Of a DNA stretch of 64,000 nucleotides, positions 59,299 to 64,000 are shown piece by piece; position 1 is the stretch's first letter; every line of letters begins with the position of its first letter. Where the stretch lies: NCBI GenBank assembly GCA_023400405.1, contig JAEXFD010000052.1, forward strand, positions 13,832 through 77,831. Direction: 5' to 3'. Below the pieces are notes generated by a model. The model searched no databases. It was not told where the DNA came from and worked only from the letters and a program-made list of their open reading frames with translations. The translations under genes and the position numbers were made by a program. Source of the DNA: Pseudomonadota bacterium. Lineage in GTDB: Bacteria > Pseudomonadota > Alphaproteobacteria > Sphingomonadales > Sphingomonadaceae.

Positions 59299-59973
59299 GT
59301 GACCGAGACCGCCAAGCCCGTTCGCCGCTCGCGCAAGGCCGAGCAGCGCGCCGAAACGATGGAGCAGATCCTCGACGCCGCCGAGCAGCTCTTCTCGCAG
59401 CACGGGCTTTACGGCGTCACGCTGAAGGACGTCGCCAAGCAGGTCGGCGTCCACCACACGCTGCTCAACTATTATTTCGCCGACAAGAAGGCGCTGTTCG
59501 ACGCCGTGTTCGCGCGCCGCGCCGCGGTCACCAGCGAGCGGCGGATGCAGGCGCTCGACGCCTATGAGGCCGAATGCGGCGACCGACCCACCGTCGAAGG
59601 CGCGCTGCGGGCATTTCTCGATACCGATCTCGACACCTATATCGAGGGTGGCGAGGGCTGGAAGAACTATGCCAAGCTCGGCGCCCAGGTCGCCAACACT
59701 CCCGAATGGGGGGCCGAGCTGATGGACGCGCATTTCGATCCGGTGGTGCTGCGGCTAATCGGCCTGCTCAAGCGCGCGCTGCCCGATTGCGCGGAGGCCG
59801 ACATCTTCTGGGGCTATCACTTCGTCACGGGCGCGCTGATGCTCACCCTCGCGCGTACCGGACGCATCGACAAGCTTTCCGGGGGGCTGTGCCATTCGGA
59901 CGACTTCATGGCGGTGAAGGAGCGGATGGCATCGTTCATGGCCGCCGGCTTCCTCGCCATCTGTCGCAAATAG
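59299..59973 (+). CDS. TetR-family transcriptional regulator
   Basis: 'ILDAAEQLF..HG...VTLKDVAKQVGV...LLNYYFADK'. Confidence 0.93.
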   Translation: MTETAKPVRRSRKAEQRAETMEQILDAAEQLFSQHGLYGVTLKDVAKQVGVHHTLLNYYFADKKALFDAVFARRAAVTSERRMQALDAYEAECGDRPTVEGALRAFLDTDLDTYIEGGEGWKNYAKLGAQVANTPEWGAELMDAHFDPVVLRLIGLLKRALPDCAEADIFWGYHFVTGALMLTLARTGRIDKLSGGLCHSDDFMAVKERMASFMAAGFLAICRK

Positions 59974-60058
59974 CGACTCATCAGTATATTCGTTCTCTTG
60001 CTAGTGAATGTCTTCACCGCTAGGAATCGCGCGCCCTTAAAAGAACGGGAGAGCAGGG

Positions 60059-60952
60059 ATGTCGCTAGCGGGTCGAGTAGCCATCGTGACGGGATCGGGC
60101 GGCGGATTGGGCCGCGCCCACGCGCTGTATCTGGCGCGCCAGGGCGCGCGCATCGTCGTCAACGACCTGTCGCAGGAAGCCGCAGACACAGTCGCGGCCG
60201 AGATCGCAGCGGCGGGGGGCGATGCGATGGGCATCGCGACCTCGGTCAGCGACGAAGCGGGCGTCGCGGCGATGGTCGAGGAAGTGCTGCATCATTGGGG
60301 ACGGGTGGACATCCTGGTCAACAATGCCGGCATCCTGCGCGACAGGAGCTTCGCCAAGATGAGCATCGACGATTTCCGAACGGTGATCGACGTCCATCTG
60401 ATCGGCGCGGCGATCTGCACCAAGGCCGTATGGGAGCCGATGCGCGAGCAGCGCCATGGCCGCATCGTGATGACCAGCTCCTCCTCCGGGCTCTACGGCA
60501 ATTTCGGCCAGGCCAATTACGGCGCCGCCAAGATGGCGCTGGTCGGGCTAATGCAGACGCTCGGCATCGAGGGCGAGAAATACGGCATCCGCGTGAATTG
60601 CCTGGCGCCGACCGCGGCGACGCAGATGACCCATGGAGTGCTGTCCGACGAGAGCCTGGCGCTGCTCGATCCGGCACTGGTCAGCCCGGGCCTGCTCGCG
60701 CTCGTCGGGGACGATGCGCCGACCCGGGCGATCCTGTGCGCCGGCGCCGGCCATTTCGCCGCCGCGCATGTTACACTGACCGAGGGCATCCAGGTCGGTG
60801 GGGGTGCGGATGCGGGCGAGGAGGTCGCCGCGCGGTGGGCTGCGGTCAGCGATCGCGCGGGCGAGATCGTCCCGGCCTATGGCTTCGTGCAGGCCGAGCG
60901 AGAGTTGGCCGCCGCAGGTTATGCCGCGCCGGTGGCCGCCACCGTCCGCTAA
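60059..60952 (+). CDS. SDR oxidoreductase, (R)-hydroxyacyl-CoA dehydrogenase (MFE-2)-like
   Basis: 'TGSGGGLG', 'NNAGILRD', 'SSSSGLYGNFGQANYGAAK'. Confidence 0.9.
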   Translation: MSLAGRVAIVTGSGGGLGRAHALYLARQGARIVVNDLSQEAADTVAAEIAAAGGDAMGIATSVSDEAGVAAMVEEVLHHWGRVDILVNNAGILRDRSFAKMSIDDFRTVIDVHLIGAAICTKAVWEPMREQRHGRIVMTSSSSGLYGNFGQANYGAAKMALVGLMQTLGIEGEKYGIRVNCLAPTAATQMTHGVLSDESLALLDPALVSPGLLALVGDDAPTRAILCAGAGHFAAAHVTLTEGIQVGGGADAGEEVAARWAAVSDRAGEIVPAYGFVQAERELAAAGYAAPVAATVR

Positions 60953-61101
60953 TCGGACCGGCAGCCGCCGAGTGCCGGCCGGGGGAGTCACCGCAAGGCT
61001 TGCGGCTGGCACCTGGTCATGTCGGGTGCGCATCTTCCACGAAGCTCGACGATGACTCGGCAAAGCCTTGCAGGCACTCGGCTTCTAGCCGCGGCTCGGC
61101 C

Positions 61102-61488
61102 TCACCAGATTTCGACCAGCATGACGAGCGGCGGGCCACCGCGGCTGTGTGTGCCGGTCATGCGGATGCGGCTCGGGACGATGCTGTGGCCCTTATAGTC
61201 CGCGTCGACGCCCAGCTGGTCGATCAGATCCTGTTCTGCCGCCTTGCGCAGCGTGCCGATCGCGAGCCTCCGGGCTTGCGCGGCCGCGGCCGCAATGAAA
61301 CTGCGATTGCGGGGATCTTTCGGCCCGCCGAGTTCGGCGGGAAAGAGCCAAATCTCGGCGAGCTCGCCTTGCGACACGAGGCGTTTCGCCGCGGTGAGGC
61401 TGATAACGGCGCCGAAATCTGGTCGCGCCATCGCCTTCGCCGGCAGCGCCAATGCCGCGAGCCCCCCGATCACCCCCCTGCGCATCAT
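61102..61488 (-). CDS. Exported hypothetical protein, possibly a degenerate non-specific-endonuclease fold
   Basis: 'MRRGVIGGLAALALPAKAMA' twin-arginine-like signal; GGAGG RBS; 'LFPAELGG....RN' and 'YKGHSIVP' motifs. Confidence 0.6.
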   Translation of the reverse strand: MMRRGVIGGLAALALPAKAMARPDFGAVISLTAAKRLVSQGELAEIWLFPAELGGPKDPRNRSFIAAAAAQARRLAIGTLRKAAEQDLIDQLGVDADYKGHSIVPSRIRMTGTHSRGGPPLVMLVEIW

Positions 61489-61580
61489 GTCCCGCCCTCC
61501 TGGAATGACGGGGTAACGCTATCACGCAAGTCGCTCGATTTCGGACCAAGCTGTATCCGTTTCGGATGCGACTCGCCCGC

Positions 61581-62978
<1,398 letters not shown>

Positions 62979-63000
62979 CGCACCTCGCTAGCGCCGGGGA

Positions 63001-63483
63001 TCACTCGCGCTCGTCGCCCGGCGGATTGGCCTCGGCGCGCTCGAGCTCGGCCGGCTTGCGCGCCTCGAACACCTTGCCCAGCCGCTCCTCCTCGGCGGCC
63101 GAGAGCCGCTCGTCGGCTGCGGGGAACATGTCCTGTTCTTCCTCGTCGATATGATGTTCGTAGCGGTGGCGCATCTCACCGAACTTGGCGTCCCATTCCT
63201 CCGATCCGAACTCGAGATCGAGCAGCTCGCCCAGGAAATCGTCGACTTCCTTGTGCTCGGACACCGAATGGCGCGCATCCTCGCGCAATTCGGGATCGGC
63301 GAGCATCGTCGCGTAAAGCGACTCCTCCTCGGCCGCGGCATGGGCCTGCAGGTCGAGCCGCAGCACTTCGAACGCTTCGCGGCGCGGTCCATCGGTGCCC
63401 TTATGGTCGCCGACGCGCTTGAGCAGCGCGCGCTGGCGGTCGTGATCGGCCTTGAGGTCGGCGAAGATGCGGGCGTCGGCCAT
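63001..63483 (-). CDS. Hemerythrin (HHE cation-binding) domain protein
   Basis: 'DHD', 'HAAAEE..LY', 'EH', 'HHIDEEE..MF' di-metal ligand pattern; GAGGAG RBS. Confidence 0.88.
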   Translation of the reverse strand: MADARIFADLKADHDRQRALLKRVGDHKGTDGPRREAFEVLRLDLQAHAAAEEESLYATMLADPELREDARHSVSEHKEVDDFLGELLDLEFGSEEWDAKFGEMRHRYEHHIDEEEQDMFPAADERLSAAEEERLGKVFEARKPAELERAEANPPGDERE

Positions 63484-63517
63484 GATGGTCTCCTCGGGGG
63501 TTCCGGGCCACAACCGA

Positions 63518-64000
63518 TCAGGCGGCAAACAGTTCAAGCTGGTTCGCAGCCGGCTTCACCCAGGCGCCGAGATCCGCCTTGTCGGAAAGCGCCACCGGCC
63601 GCCAATCCTCGGCGATCAGGAAGGGGCGGACCTTGGCGACCGACACCGTGAGCCGCGCGATATCCGCCAGGTGCAGCCGCCGCCAGCGCCGCGCCGCCAG
63701 GATCGCGTCCACCGCCTTCACGCCCAGCCCGGGCACGCGCAGCAGCGCGGCGCGGGGCGCACGATTGACGTCGATCGGGAAGCGATCGCGGAACTTGAGC
63801 GCCCAGGCGAGCTTGGGATCGATGTCGAGCGGCAGCATCCCCGTGCCGGGATCGACCGCCTGCGCCACTTCGCCGGGCGCATAGTCGTAGAAGCGCATCA
63901 GCCAGTCCGACTGGTAGAGCCGGTGCTCGCGCATCAGCGGCGGGCGGCGCAGCGGCAACACGGCGCTGGCATCGGGGATCGGGCTGAATGCCGAATAGTA
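63518..64000 (-). CDS. Putative DNA modification/repair radical SAM protein (TIGR03916-type), C-terminal part; 5' end outside the window
   Basis: Open to the window edge: 'YYSAFSPIP...REHRLYQSDWLMRFY', 'DPKLAWAL', HhH 'LLRVPGLGVK', ends 'QLELFAA'; the CxxxCxxC motif is not visible in the window. Confidence 0.85.
   Translation of the reverse strand, partial: YYSAFSPIPDASAVLPLRRPPLMREHRLYQSDWLMRFYDYAPGEVAQAVDPGTGMLPLDIDPKLAWALKFRDRFPIDVNRAPRAALLRVPGLGVKAVDAILAARRWRRLHLADIARLTVSVAKVRPFLIAEDWRPVALSDKADLGAWVKPAANQLELFAA

Noticed and set aside
63532..63545. GTTC-aagctg-GTTC as an alphaproteobacterial LexA box for the hemerythrin-UdgX genes
   Set aside because: Spacer is 6 nt rather than 7, and the sequence is explained by the NQLELF codons; the real promoter lies outside the window

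Overview
GC-rich alphaproteobacterial chromosome window, very likely from a sphingomonad (inferred from gene content and order). (1) 1-22.3 kb: a large flagellar gene cluster of the sigma54/FleQ-type activator/FliA-regulated kind (flgN, lytic transglycosylase, flhA, fliA, M28 peptidase, fliC, activator, fliEFGHIJKLMNOPQR, flhB, fliD, fliS), with readable sigma54 and sigma28 promoters and a palindromic repeat element between fliQ and fliR. (2) 22.3-29.9 kb: housekeeping genes (CoA-transferase, FMN reductase, response regulator, CorA/ZntB, siroheme-synthase-like protein, lysA, lipoprotein, argH, tlpA). (3) 29.9-39.0 kb: a complete chemosensory operon (STAS-cheY-cheA-cheW-MCP-cheW-cheR-cheB) ending in an atypical soluble MCP-like protein. 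(4) 39.3-44.1 kb: AraC/esterase/PaiB-like/TonB-receptor module. (5) 44.6-52.1 kb: carotenoid operon crtY-crtI-LOG-crtB, an Atm1-like ABC exporter and a hydrolase. (6) 52.3-61.0 kb: a catabolic module (TonB receptor, acyl-CoA ligase, carboxylesterase, MFS, TetR, SDR) with a shared candidate operator. (7) 61.1-64.0 kb: a radical-SAM / hemerythrin / DUF4130-UdgX operon followed by a secreted nuclease-like protein; this is the best candidate for an uncharacterised system. No rRNA, tRNA, CRISPR array, integrase or transposase was recognised. All family calls come from motif recognition by eye, not from database searches.
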